Source: Deltaproteobacteria bacterium (GTDB lineage: Bacteria; Desulfobacterota; Dissulfuribacteria; Dissulfuribacterales; QOAL01). From it: 64,000 nt of DNA. The stretch covers positions 10,054 to 74,053 of the forward strand of contig JALWYO010000020.1 of NCBI GenBank assembly GCA_026992735.1, in the 5' to 3' direction. Every line of letters begins with the position of its first letter. The first letter of the stretch is position 1. Positions 9,171 to 20,235 of the stretch are shown piece after piece. The position numbers and the translations under genes were made by a program. A model generated the notes under the pieces. It saw nothing but the letters and a program-made list of their open reading frames with translations, made no database searches and had not been told where the DNA came from.

Positions 9171-10598
9171 ATGAACACTAATACACCCTGCCCAAAACTG
9201 GCCTTTGCAGCACTCAGAGGAGGATCAGGCAAAACCATTGTTTCCCTTGGCTTGACAAGAGCCTTGCTCAACAGAGGCAAGAATGTAGCTGTTTTTAAGA
9301 AAGGGCCTGATTATATAGATGCCGCCTGGCTTTCCAGAGCAGCGGACAGGCCATGTTACAACCTGGACACGTTTCTCATGGGGCAAAACGATGTTATCCG
9401 CTCGTTTGTCCGCCGCTCTGGCAATGCAGACATCTCTGTCATAGAGGGCAACAGGGGGCTTTATGACGGCATGGACACCAAGGGAACCTTTAGCACCGCG
9501 GAACTGGCCCTGATGCTGGGAGCACCCGTAGTGCTTGTTGTGGACTGCACAAAGGTCACCCGCACCATGGCCGCCATGATCTGTGGATGCAGAGACCTTG
9601 ATCCCAGAGTCAATATCGCGGGAGTCATTCTTAACAGAGTGGCTGGCAACAGACACAGGAAAATACTGAAATCATCGATAGAAGAATACAGCCGCATCCC
9701 GGTTTTAGGTGCCATACCACGCCTAAAAAAAGATCCGCTGCCCATGAGGCACCTGGGCCTCACGCCTACAGATGAATACTCAGGCCCGGATGAAGCACTT
9801 AATCTCCTGGCACAAATAGTAGAGGATCACATAGATATTGATAAGCTTATGGACACTGCAGGGCAGTCCATTGCTGAAATCCCTGAATTTGAACATGCTC
9901 AGGGAACTGAATATGCTGGCAGACATGCTAAAAATATCACACTAGGGGTATTGCGAGACGCCTCTTTCCAGTTCTACTATCCAGAGAACATCGAGGCACT
10001 GGAACAGGCGGGCGCCAGAGTGGTATTCCTGAATGCAGTCAATGACTGCCGCCTCCCGGAACTTCATGCCATGTACATAGGAGGAGGTTTCCCAGAGACA
10101 CAGGCCCATCTTCTCAGTTCCAACAAGGATTTCATGGCCGGGCTCAGGAAACTCATTGAAGCCGGATTGCCAGTCTATGCTGAATGCGGTGGCCTAATGT
10201 ATCTCGGCAGGAATATATTGTGGAAGGGAAATTCATTCAGGATGCTCGATGTAATAAACTGGGACTTTGTCCTTAACAAGAAGCCGGTTGGGCATGGTTA
10301 CAGTATACTGAAATTTCACAGAGACTCTCCATTCTTTAAACAGGGAGACAGGATACAGGGCCATGAATTTCACTATTCCCAGCCAGTCCCCACTGGCGAC
10401 AGACAAAAAGGCCATTTCTGCTGCAAGGTTTCCAGAGGGCATGGTTTTGACGGCACAACAGACGGATTTTGCTATAAAAATGTCCTGGGGCTATACACAC
10501 ACATCCATGCCCTTGGAAACAGGAAATGGGCCCGGTCAATGGTAGATGCGGCTACACGTTTTAAAAATATGATATTTGAACAGCCGGATATCCCATAA
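9171..10598 (+). CDS. cobyrinic acid a,c-diamide synthase family amidotransferase (CbiA/CobB-like; possibly DsrN sirohaem amidase)
   Basis: 475 aa. N-terminal nucleotide-binding GGSGKT. C-terminal glutamine amidotransferase motif ECGGLMYLG. The DsrN reading is inferred from proximity to dsrMKJOP and a downstream ferredoxin. Confidence 0.8.
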   Translation: MNTNTPCPKLAFAALRGGSGKTIVSLGLTRALLNRGKNVAVFKKGPDYIDAAWLSRAADRPCYNLDTFLMGQNDVIRSFVRRSGNADISVIEGNRGLYDGMDTKGTFSTAELALMLGAPVVLVVDCTKVTRTMAAMICGCRDLDPRVNIAGVILNRVAGNRHRKILKSSIEEYSRIPVLGAIPRLKKDPLPMRHLGLTPTDEYSGPDEALNLLAQIVEDHIDIDKLMDTAGQSIAEIPEFEHAQGTEYAGRHAKNITLGVLRDASFQFYYPENIEALEQAGARVVFLNAVNDCRLPELHAMYIGGGFPETQAHLLSSNKDFMAGLRKLIEAGLPVYAECGGLMYLGRNILWKGNSFRMLDVINWDFVLNKKPVGHGYSILKFHRDSPFFKQGDRIQGHEFHYSQPVPTGDRQKGHFCCKVSRGHGFDGTTDGFCYKNVLGLYTHIHALGNRKWARSMVDAATRFKNMIFEQPDIP

Positions 10599-10639
10599 CC
10601 TGGAAATATTATCATTTTGAGCAAAATATCAAAATAGGC

Positions 10640-10669
10640 TTGACAAGGATAAGCACTTTTGTCTATATG
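10640..10669 (+). promoter_or_regulatory. sigma70-type promoter candidate for the ferredoxin gene
   Basis: TTGACA (10640-10645), an 18-nt spacer, TATATG (10664-10669). Confidence 0.4.
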
Positions 10670-10747
10670 AGTTCTGTCTTGTGAAAGGCAGATTTGAGGA
10701 AAAGGGGATAACAATTAACCCCGCAAATTAATACAAAGGAGGAAATT

Positions 10748-10933
10748 ATGTTTCAGATCGAAATCGATTATGACAAATGCCAGGGCGATGAGGAATGTGT
10801 TAACGCTTGTCCATCAGAGGTGTATGACTTCGAGGATGACAAGCCGGTAATTGCAAGGCCTGATGACTGCCTCGGCTGCGAAACATGTGTTGAGGTATGC
10901 CCCGTAGGCGCAATCACAGTGGAAGAAGTCTAA
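10748..10933 (+). CDS. small 2x[4Fe-4S]-type ferredoxin
   Basis: 61 aa. Motif CLGCETCVEVCP plus the variant CQGDEECVNACP. Strong RBS AAGGAGG. Confidence 0.85.
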   Translation: MFQIEIDYDKCQGDEECVNACPSEVYDFEDDKPVIARPDDCLGCETCVEVCPVGAITVEEV

Positions 10934-10957
10934 CTCAAACCTTCTTTCTGACAAAAA

Positions 10958-10980
10958 GGGGGCTTTTCAGCTCCCTTTTT
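10958..10980. terminator. intrinsic terminator (bidirectional) between ferredoxin and ribF
   Basis: GGGGGC-TTTTCA-GCTCCC hairpin followed by TTTTT and preceded by AAAAA. Confidence 0.55.
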
Positions 10981-11020
10981 AATTTAATTCGGTATTGCAG
11001 CTAAAACTTTACTTACATAC

Positions 11021-11962
11021 TCAACAGACACCGGCCTGTCTCAGTATCTCTCTTGCCAGCTCTATGTCCTTGGAGATCTGAGCTGCCAGCTCTTTTGCTC
11101 CTGAAAATTTCCTTTCTCCCCTGATCCTTTCCACCAGATTCACCTTTATCTCGTGACCATAAATATCTTTGCTGAAATCAAAGATATGCACCTCTGCACC
11201 AAGTTTATTGTCCCCAAAAGTCGGGTTATAACCTATGTTTACCACTCCGCAGTGAGAATGCTCTCCATGCACTACCTGCACTGCATATACACCTGGCCTG
11301 GGACACAGATCTTCCTTGTTTATGGCCAGATTTGCTGTGGGAAATCCAACTACAGGCCCTCCCCTCCTCTTTCCTTTTCTCACCACACCGCGAATCTGGT
11401 AATACCTGCCGAGCATCTTCTTGACATCCTGCATGTTTCCCTGCCTTACCAGTTCCCGTATGGCCGTACTGCTTACGGTCCTGCCATCTACCTTGACTGG
11501 CGGCACCACATGCACCCTGAAGCCGAGCTGCTTCCCCATCTGCCTCAAGAACGAAATATCTCCCTGCCTGCCCTTACCACATGCATAATCATAGCCTACT
11601 ACAAGATCAGCAACTCCAAGACTGTGCCAGAGGATACCTTCAACAAAATCGCGGGCTGATGTTGCTGCAAATTCACGGGTAAAAGGGAAACAAACCAAAT
11701 GATCTATCCCTGACGCCATTATCAGCTCCATCTTTTGCTCAAGGGTCGAGATGAGCTTGGGAGGATTATCAGGCCTGAGCACCTTCATGGGATGGGGATG
11801 AAACGTAAGCGCAACCTTGTCGCCTCCGGTTTCCTTGGCAATATCCACCACCTTACGGAAAAGTGCCTGATGACCTAAATGGACCCCATCAAAATTCCCG
11901 ATGGTAAGCGCGGCCTTGTGGAATGGCCTTTTAATATCCATCAAATCGGTATATATTTTCAT
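11021..11962 (-). CDS. ribF: bifunctional riboflavin kinase / FMN adenylyltransferase
   Basis: 313 aa. N-terminal GNFDGVHLGHQ adenylyltransferase motif and a C-terminal riboflavin kinase domain. Confidence 0.9.
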   Translation of the reverse strand: MKIYTDLMDIKRPFHKAALTIGNFDGVHLGHQALFRKVVDIAKETGGDKVALTFHPHPMKVLRPDNPPKLISTLEQKMELIMASGIDHLVCFPFTREFAATSARDFVEGILWHSLGVADLVVGYDYACGKGRQGDISFLRQMGKQLGFRVHVVPPVKVDGRTVSSTAIRELVRQGNMQDVKKMLGRYYQIRGVVRKGKRRGGPVVGFPTANLAINKEDLCPRPGVYAVQVVHGEHSHCGVVNIGYNPTFGDNKLGAEVHIFDFSKDIYGHEIKVNLVERIRGERKFSGAKELAAQISKDIELAREILRQAGVC

Positions 11963-12149
11963 AATTATCGGCCTGAAAGTTATGATTTTATGCAGCCTGT
12001 GCCATATTGTCTAGCGTTGGGATTCGGCACCGGATTCAGATTAAAAAAACTTGAGTTAACCAGGAAATGTCTGCATGAAATAGGTCTGGGTGAAGGTAAT
12101 ATGCCCCCTTGACAATGGCAAGAGTCTTTATTTAATTCAGAGTGTCAGT

Positions 12150-12237
12150 GCCGAAGTGGCGGAATTGGTAGACGCGCTAGATTCAGGATCTAGTGGGAGC
12201 TATTCCCGTGGGAGTTCGAATCTCCCCTTCGGCACCA
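12150..12237 (+). tRNA. tRNA-Leu (anticodon CAG), CCA encoded
   Basis: Acceptor stem GCCGAAG/CTTCGGC. Anticodon arm CTAGA-TTCAGGA-TCTAG. Long variable arm. T arm GGGAG-TTCGAAT-CTCCC. Ends in A-CCA. Confidence 0.9.
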
Positions 12238-12264
12238 TTTTTTTGTCTTCACAAAATCCACACA

Positions 12265-12684
12265 TCAAGCAGAATCCCATGAAAGAATAGCTGCTGCAAG
12301 AACTGCCAGGGCTATACCAATGGCCTGCCTTGCAGTTACGGGTTCATGCAGGATCAGCACTGCCAAAACCACGCTTACCACTGGATACATAGCCGTAAGG
12401 GATGATATTACTGAAATCGGCCCGGCATTTACTGCAGTGAAAAAAAAATAAAGCCCCACAGTCCCAAATATGCCTGTCAACAGGGCGTACATGATACCAG
12501 TAATGTCTCCCTGCAGCTTTGGGCCAAGAAATTTTACAACTGCAATGCTGGTCAACATCACGCCAACTGCCTCGTAAAAGACTGAAGTGGCCGGTGGAAG
12601 GGTCCTGAGTGCCAACTTGGGGAAAAATGCCCACAGTCCCCAGCAGAGCAGGGCAGCGAATGCATTACCTATCCAAGTATTCAT
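12265..12684 (-). CDS. EamA/DMT-family small membrane transporter
   Basis: 139 aa, 4-5 TM helices, EamA-like pattern. Confidence 0.65.
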   Translation of the reverse strand: MNTWIGNAFAALLCWGLWAFFPKLALRTLPPATSVFYEAVGVMLTSIAVVKFLGPKLQGDITGIMYALLTGIFGTVGLYFFFTAVNAGPISVISSLTAMYPVVSVVLAVLILHEPVTARQAIGIALAVLAAAILSWDSA

Positions 12685-12809
12685 ATTCCGAGTTCACATT
12701 CCCTGTCACAAACAAAATCACAGGATTATGAATTGCGGCAGACAGGCACCTGATACACATGGGCCATGAACCAGCCCGCGCCCTGGATTCGCAAGGCAAT
12801 TCTCACAAC

Positions 12810-14042
12810 CTATAACAGGCGGAGATAACGCCTCTTGCCGACCTTGAGAACAGCCTTTCCGGGAACCGCTATCTCGTCTGTAGAGATTTTATGCCCATCC
12901 ATTGTGACTGCTCCCTGCTTTATCAGCCTCCTGGCCTCGGATGTACTCTTTACAAGCCCTGCCTCCCGCAGGACCCTGGGCAGAAAGACAGCGGCCCTGT
13001 CCCGACTGTCATCCAGAATATATTCAGGGATATCATCAGGTATCTCACCCCTGGCAAACTGGGCATCAAATTGCCGCCTCGCAGCCTCGGCGGCATCCCT
13101 GCCATGAAATCTTGACACCAGCTCCATGGCAAGCCTGGCCTTTACCTCCTTTGGATGGGCCTTGCCAGACTCTATGGACTCTCTGAGTGCTGATATCTCC
13201 TGGAGAGACAGGGAGCTTAACAGCTCATAATACCGGAACATGAGTTTATCAGATATAGACATGAGCTTGCCGAACATGCTGCCCGGCTCCTCTGTAATGC
13301 CAACATAATTTCCGAGAGACTTGCTCATCTTGTTGACGCCATCAAGACCTTCCAAGAGTGGCATGGTAAGCACAATCTGAGGCTCGTGCCCGTATTCCTT
13401 CTGGATGTGCCTGCCTACCAAAAGATTAAAGGTCTGGTCAGTTCCCCCAAGCTCCACATCTGCCTTGAGTGCTACTGAATCATAGCCCTGTATGAGCGGG
13501 TATATGAATTCATGCACGGCAATAGCCCGCTGGTTCTGGAAACGCTGCTTAAAATCTTCCCTTTCCAGCATTCTTGCCACTGTATACTTGGCACAGAGCC
13601 TGATCATTTCGATGGAGCGCATTTCATTCATCCAGGCGCTGTTAAAGGCAACCTCTGTCTTTTCCGGATCGAGTATCTTGAATATCTGTTCCTTGTAAGT
13701 AGCTGCATTTTCCTGGACCTGTTCAGGAGTGAGCGCAGGCCTGGTGTCAGACTTTCCGGTAGGATCACCAATCAGGCCGGTAAAATCACCTATCAAAAAG
13801 ATTACCTGGTGACCGAGTTCCTGAAAATGCTTCATTTTTTGGATCAAGACAGTATGACCGAGATGAAGGTCAGGGGCAGTAGGATCAAACCCTGCCTTGA
13901 TGCGCAAGGGCTTCTGCTCCGAAACCGAGCGTTCCAGTTTCTTTCTAAGCTCTTCCTCGTTGATGATATCTACGGTGCCACGCCTTATCAGCTCCAGCGA
14001 TTTTTCTATATCTTTTTCCATGTCAAATCCTTGGCCATGCAT
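12810..14042 (-). CDS. tyrS: tyrosine--tRNA ligase
   Basis: HLGH and KMSKS class I motifs and a C-terminal S4-like domain. The start overlaps the rny stop (TAATG). Confidence 0.9.
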   Translation of the reverse strand: MHGQGFDMEKDIEKSLELIRRGTVDIINEEELRKKLERSVSEQKPLRIKAGFDPTAPDLHLGHTVLIQKMKHFQELGHQVIFLIGDFTGLIGDPTGKSDTRPALTPEQVQENAATYKEQIFKILDPEKTEVAFNSAWMNEMRSIEMIRLCAKYTVARMLEREDFKQRFQNQRAIAVHEFIYPLIQGYDSVALKADVELGGTDQTFNLLVGRHIQKEYGHEPQIVLTMPLLEGLDGVNKMSKSLGNYVGITEEPGSMFGKLMSISDKLMFRYYELLSSLSLQEISALRESIESGKAHPKEVKARLAMELVSRFHGRDAAEAARRQFDAQFARGEIPDDIPEYILDDSRDRAAVFLPRVLREAGLVKSTSEARRLIKQGAVTMDGHKISTDEIAVPGKAVLKVGKRRYLRLL

Positions 14043-15616
14043 TATTTCGCATAACCTACCGACCTGGTCTCCCTTATCACAGTAACCTTGATCTGGCCAG
14101 GATAGGTAAGCTCCTTCTCTATCTTCTTTGTTATGTCCCTACAAAGCATGGATGCCTCGGCATCCGTAAGTCTCTCACTGTTCACCACAATCCTGATCTC
14201 GCGGCCTGCCTGTATTGCAAAAGACTTGTCCACACCGGAAAAGGAGGTGGCTATCCGCTCAAGATCCTCAAGACGCTTTACATAGCTTTCCAGCATCTCC
14301 CTCCTGGCCCCGGGGCGCGCGCCTGAGAGTGCGTCTGCCGCCTGTACCAGCACAGCCAGAATGGTTTCTGGTTTCACATCTTCATGGTGTGCCGCAATCG
14401 CATGCACGACGTCCCTCGACTCGCCGTATTTCTTTGCCAGGTCAGCACCTATTATGGCATGAGAGCCTTCAACCTCATGATCCACAGCCTTTCCGATATC
14501 GTGCAACAAGCCGGCCCTCTTGGCCTTCTTGATATTGATTCCGAGTTCTGCTGCCATTATGCCGCAAAGAAAGGCCACCTCAACAGAATGCTGCAGCACA
14601 TTCTGTGCGTAACTGGTACGAAATTTCAACTTGCCAAGAAGCTTTACCAGCTCCGGGTGTATTCCATAGACACCTACATCAAAAGTAGCCTGCTCTCCTG
14701 CCTCCCGGATAGTCTTATTTATCTCTTTCTCTACCTTCTTTACAACTTCCTCTATCCTGGCAGGATGTATCCGCCCATCCAGCACCAATCTCTCAAGGGC
14801 AACCCTGGCCACCTCCCTGCGAACCGGGTTGAACCCCGAAAGCAATACGGCCTCAGGTGTATCATCTATAATGATGTCTATACCTGTAGCCGCCTCTATT
14901 GCCCTGATATTCCGGCCTTCTCTGCCTATGATCCTGCCCTTCATCTCCTCATTCGGAAGCGGCACAACAGATACGGTACGCTCAGCAACATATTCTCCTG
15001 CATAGCGTGCCACTGCCAGTGCTATGATTTCCCGGGCCTTCTTATCCGCAAGCTCACTGGTCTCTGCCTCGACCTTCCGCAGCATCTTTCCAGCATCCTG
15101 GCGTATTTCAGCCTCAAAGCTTTTTAATAGATATTCACGTGCTTCGGTGCTGGACATGCCGGATATCTTTTCGAGCATATTGCGTTGCTCGCTAACGAGT
15201 ACATCTATCTCTTTCTGTTTGTTTCTCAGCTTGTCTTCAGATGCCTTTAGCCGCTTCTCCTTTTCCAGCAGCTCAATCTCCTTGAGATCCACCAGCTCTT
15301 TTTTCTTGTCAAGCTGTTGTTCTCTCTGCAGCAGGCGTTTTTCCTGGCTGCGAAGTTCTTTCTTGCGCTCGGAAACATCCTTCTCTGCTTCCTTTTTGAG
15401 CTTCAGGACCTCTTCCTTGGCCTGAACCTGGGCCTCCTTCAGAAGACGCCTGGCGTCAGCCTCTGCATCCGCCCTGATTTTCTCTACATCCGCCCTTTCA
15501 AGGGCCTGTTTTTTAGCTATCATTGCCTTGGCCATGAAATAACCTATGGCCACTCCGGCTCCTGCAAAAATGAGCAAGAGAATGACAGTAAGAATTCCCA
15601 TGTGTGGCTCCTCCAT
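14042..15616 (-). CDS. rny: ribonuclease Y
   Basis: 524 aa. N-terminal TM helix, long charged coiled coil, KH domain and HD domain (LLHDIGK). Confidence 0.9.
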   Translation of the reverse strand: MEEPHMGILTVILLLIFAGAGVAIGYFMAKAMIAKKQALERADVEKIRADAEADARRLLKEAQVQAKEEVLKLKKEAEKDVSERKKELRSQEKRLLQREQQLDKKKELVDLKEIELLEKEKRLKASEDKLRNKQKEIDVLVSEQRNMLEKISGMSSTEAREYLLKSFEAEIRQDAGKMLRKVEAETSELADKKAREIIALAVARYAGEYVAERTVSVVPLPNEEMKGRIIGREGRNIRAIEAATGIDIIIDDTPEAVLLSGFNPVRREVARVALERLVLDGRIHPARIEEVVKKVEKEINKTIREAGEQATFDVGVYGIHPELVKLLGKLKFRTSYAQNVLQHSVEVAFLCGIMAAELGINIKKAKRAGLLHDIGKAVDHEVEGSHAIIGADLAKKYGESRDVVHAIAAHHEDVKPETILAVLVQAADALSGARPGARREMLESYVKRLEDLERIATSFSGVDKSFAIQAGREIRIVVNSERLTDAEASMLCRDITKKIEKELTYPGQIKVTVIRETRSVGYAK

Positions 15617-15943
15617 TATCGGATCTTATGCCACACCCCATCTTCAAATATGATTCAAACGAATACCGGTGGATTGGAAAAAGAGGGGGAAAACAGGCTT
15701 TATCTTTCTTAAAAGACGAGCACTATCTAACAGCCATAAATCTACAGAACATGACAACCAATGTCATCAGGACAATATTCAGTACCGCAACAACATATAA
15801 GCCGCACGAGATCTATGGCCTTTTTTGTAACAGGATAGATTCATAAATATATTCCGATCTGCATCCAGCAGAATTATTATTTATCCCCACCAACCGCACC
15901 GTAAATCCGTTTATATAAACCCAGACGGGGTTATAGCCTTAAA

Positions 15944-16123
15944 CCCCCGCCGTGCCGTGTCTGTTGGGTCTATTGAACCTGAGAAGCCTCAGGTGGGTGT
16001 CATTTCCGCTTCCAACGGAAAGGGCTGTTCTCCCTTTCCACTCTTCCACGGAGTTACGACTCCCTTGTACGGGGTGTTGGCTCAACAAACTTGCAACAGC
16101 CCACGAACACAGCAGGGAAATTT
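15944..16123 (-). ncRNA. ssrS: 6S RNA candidate
   Basis: Lies directly downstream of zapA. The minus-strand 5' end AAAUUUCCCUGCUGUGUUCGUGGGCUG resembles the E. coli 6S 5' end (AUUUCUCUGAGAUGUUCG). The 5' and 3' ends form a long closing stem rich in G-U pairs. Length about 180 nt. Ends are approximate. Confidence 0.6.
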
Positions 16124-16144
16124 GTTATTATAATAACATAATTG

Positions 16145-16435
16145 TCAAAATTTTTCACCCAGCACGGAATTTATTTTTTCCATGAGCTTTATGCCCTGCT
16201 TCTGAAGGTCATCTGCAAGAAGATTGTACCTGTTTCTCTCCATAATCATGTCTCTTCCAAGGCTCATGACTATAAGTACCATCAACCGCGCTGGAGGCAG
16301 GCCAGGATGTTCAGCCTCTATTTTTTTTGCCTTTCCTTCAATGTAAGCAACAACCTCCTGAAGATCTACATCAGGATCATCTCCCTTTAATTCATAGATA
16401 TTCCCCAAGAGTTTGAGCCGAACAATCTGGGCCAA
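16145..16435 (-). CDS. zapA: cell division protein ZapA
   Basis: 96 aa ZapA-like sequence (VRLKLLGNIYELKGDD...LMVLIVMSL). Confidence 0.75.
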   Translation of the reverse strand: MAQIVRLKLLGNIYELKGDDPDVDLQEVVAYIEGKAKKIEAEHPGLPPARLMVLIVMSLGRDMIMERNRYNLLADDLQKQGIKLMEKINSVLGEKF

Positions 16436-16545
16436 CTTGAAACCACCTTTACCTAATCTATGATTTGAGCATTACAATTCATAGCAAAAACAATTCAGTC
16501 CACATTCACAAAAAAACGGCCTATACTTTTTGGTAATCGAGCTAT

Positions 16546-16818
16546 CTAACCCTGATGGTCATCGTGATGCTGCTGTTCCTGCTGTTGAGCCTCAGGGCCT
16601 CCTACGCCTTCTATGCGTTGCAAGATGCGCTCGACTCTCTGACCTATATCATTTCTCTCTTCTTCAAGCATGACAATTTTTGCAGAGAGCTCCCCATTTT
16701 CATACTCCAAGCCCCTTACCCTATCCTCAAGTCCTTGCTTTTCCTGTTCCAGCCTTTGGCAATATTCTATCAGGCTGTTTATCCGATCCTCTAACGTTTT
16801 GACTATATCAAGATTCAT
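16546..16818 (-). CDS. ZapB-like coiled-coil cell division protein
   Basis: 90 aa heptad-rich protein (LEDRINSLIEYCQRLEQEKQGLEDRVRGLEYENGEL). Start at ATG 16818, preceded by AAAGGAG. The track ORF extends to 16860. Confidence 0.6.
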   Translation of the reverse strand: MNLDIVKTLEDRINSLIEYCQRLEQEKQGLEDRVRGLEYENGELSAKIVMLEEERNDIGQRVERILQRIEGVGGPEAQQQEQQHHDDHQG

Positions 16819-16993
16819 GGAAAATCTGACTCCTTTCATTAATCCGGTCAATGCACCCAAAAATAAACATACTCATTTAACATCATGCAACAATAAAATC
16901 CACCAGGCTATCCAGATCTTTGCCAGCAAAGGTATCTTTGATCATAATGAACTCGAATAAAACATCAGGCAAATAGATTGCTTGGCAGGCAAA

Positions 16994-17995
16994 TTATGGA
17001 CAAAAGATACGTTTCTCCTTTGATTGACAATGCCTTGTAAAAGGAGCTATGACAGATCCCGGTTCGCAAATAAAATCTTCCAGGAATGAAAAGGCACCTA
17101 TCACAGAACTCTCACCAATAACTGTCTGTCCACGCAATACCGAGTGGGGGCCGATAGTAACATCACTGCCTATTTCCACCTCGGGTTCTATATAGATAGT
17201 ATCCGGCATGGAAATGGTGACCCCGGCATCCATATGACGTTGTCTGATCCTTTTCAGCAGGACATGTTCGGCCAGAGCCAGCTGGTAACGTGAATTTACC
17301 CCAAGGGATTCTTCCTCATCGGCATATCCGAATGCATGGACAGGCATTCCGGCACGGAGGGCAATACCAACCACGTCTGTAAGATAATACTCCCCCTGAG
17401 CGTTATCACAGCCTAACTTCTGGAGTAAACCAAACACCTCTGGAGAGTTAAGGCAATAGACCCCGGTATTTATCTCTCCTATCTCCTTCTGATGTACACT
17501 GGCATCCTTCTCCTCTACGATGCCTTCAACATCTCCAGACTCATTTCTTATAATCCTGCCATATCCAGCCGGGTCCTTCAACTCTGCAGTAAGCACAGAC
17601 ACCACTGCATTGGACTGCTGATGAGCCATGACAAACCGCTGAATGGTTTTGCTGTGAAAGAGAGGACTATCTCCGCATACCACAAGCATGTTGCCGTGAA
17701 AACCTGAAAAGGCTTCCCTTGTGCAGATAACAGCATGACCTGTACCAAGTTGCTGCTCCTGAAATACCAATCTGGCACCTGATACTGAGACGTAAGACTT
17801 GACAATCCCGCCTCCATGGCCCACCACTATGACCTGACAATCCGGCCTGATACCGGCTCTTTCGAGCATGGTCATAACATGAGCTATCAGGGGCTTGCCC
17901 AGCAGGCAATGCATGACCTTGGGCATATTTGATTTCATCCTAGTGCCCTTGCCGGCAGCAAGGATCACTGCAGAAACATCAGCCTGTATTGACAT
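16994..17995 (-). CDS. GlmU-like sugar-1-phosphate nucleotidyltransferase with a short left-handed beta-helix tail
   Basis: Start at MSIQADV (ATG 17995). LAAGKGTRMKS signature. 333 aa versus about 450 for full GlmU. The upstream part of the 407-aa track ORF is read-through of the MITE. Confidence 0.75.
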   Translation of the reverse strand: MSIQADVSAVILAAGKGTRMKSNMPKVMHCLLGKPLIAHVMTMLERAGIRPDCQVIVVGHGGGIVKSYVSVSGARLVFQEQQLGTGHAVICTREAFSGFHGNMLVVCGDSPLFHSKTIQRFVMAHQQSNAVVSVLTAELKDPAGYGRIIRNESGDVEGIVEEKDASVHQKEIGEINTGVYCLNSPEVFGLLQKLGCDNAQGEYYLTDVVGIALRAGMPVHAFGYADEEESLGVNSRYQLALAEHVLLKRIRQRHMDAGVTISMPDTIYIEPEVEIGSDVTIGPHSVLRGQTVIGESSVIGAFSFLEDFICEPGSVIAPFTRHCQSKEKRIFCP

Positions 17996-18102
17996 AATCG
18001 ATGCTCCCCAATTGCATCTTACTGTAAAACAAGATAGGTATAAATTCTTAGAGGATACATCATACCCGCCTGGAATAACAGGGGGAAACAGGCTCATCCC
18101 GC

Positions 18103-18260
18103 GTAACTGATCACAGGTTCCAATGGGCTTTATTGTATATATTCCCATTCTGTAAGCGCTTGCAGGGTGCCGCAGATATAAGGCGGCGGGCGCGCAGTCG
18201 TACTCCCTGTACTTCAAGCGCCCGCCAACACAGCAGATGCGATGTCCTGTGAGCGCTTAC
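18103..18260 (+). mobile_element. MITE-like hairpin element, copy 1 (158 bp)
   Basis: About 95% identical to 51534-51691. Flanked by the 8-mers CATCCCGC (18095-18102) and CATCCAGC (18261-18268). Terminal inverted repeats GTAACTGATCACAGG / CCTGTGAGCGCTTAC. Confidence 0.8.
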
Positions 18261-18279
18261 CATCCAGCAGTATCCCGAC

Positions 18280-18315
18280 ACGAAAATAGAAAGGGCAAGC
18301 CTATGGCTTGCCCTT
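18280..18315 (-). terminator. intrinsic terminator of the atp operon
   Basis: Minus strand has an AAGGGCAAGCC-ATA-GGCTTGCCCTT hairpin followed by TCTATTTTC, 30 nt after the atpC stop. Confidence 0.65.
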
Positions 18316-18344
18316 GAACTCCTCTCCGGAATAACCAGGATAAC

Positions 18345-18761
18345 CTAACTCATCTTGCCTGCCACCTTCAACCTCGCAGTAGCACGGGCAAACGCGGCCA
18401 TTGCCCTGGCCATATCAATATCCTCTCTGCCTGCTTGAGCCTGCTGAAGACGCTTCTCTGCCCTTTCTTTGGCTCTGAGAGCCCTTTCTACGTCTATTTC
18501 TTCAGAGACCTCAGCTGCCTCTGCAAGCACTGTCATCTTGTTGTTGGAGACCTCAACAAAACCGCCACTAATGGCAAGCTTTACAATTTCTCCATCCTTA
18601 TTAAAGTGCATCTGCCCAATATTAAGGGTTGACAAGATGGGGGCATGATTTGCCATGACACCGAATACGCCTTCAGTACCAGGCACTGTACACAAGTCCA
18701 CCTCATCACTCACTACAAGTTTTCGCGGTGTGACCACTTCCAAGTTTAATTTATTGGCCAT
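18345..18761 (-). CDS. atpC: F1 ATP synthase epsilon subunit
   Basis: 138 aa, typical epsilon sequence, last gene of the operon. Confidence 0.9.
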   Translation of the reverse strand: MANKLNLEVVTPRKLVVSDEVDLCTVPGTEGVFGVMANHAPILSTLNIGQMHFNKDGEIVKLAISGGFVEVSNNKMTVLAEAAEVSEEIDVERALRAKERAEKRLQQAQAGREDIDMARAMAAFARATARLKVAGKMS

Positions 18762-18785
18762 TTTTACACCCTAACCTTATATTTT

Positions 18786-20195
<1,410 letters not shown>

Positions 20196-20235
20196 CTACC
20201 TCCCACAGGGTATATTACCCAAACTTTTTGCTATA

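Noticed and set aside
17996-18217. N-terminal 74 codons of the 407-aa track ORF upstream of the glmU-like gene.
   Set aside because: This stretch is a translation of MITE copy 1 and its flank. The conserved nucleotidyltransferase sequence starts at MSIQADV (ATG 17995).
18103-18260. The hairpin repeats interpreted as integron attC sites, retron msr/msd RNA, or REP/RAYT elements.
   Set aside because: - attC: no RYYYAAC/GTTRRRY core sites, and the neighbours are housekeeping genes.
- Retron: no reverse transcriptase in the window.
- REP: 8-bp target duplications and terminal inverted repeats point to DDE-type MITE mobilisation rather than REP or IS200-type hairpins.
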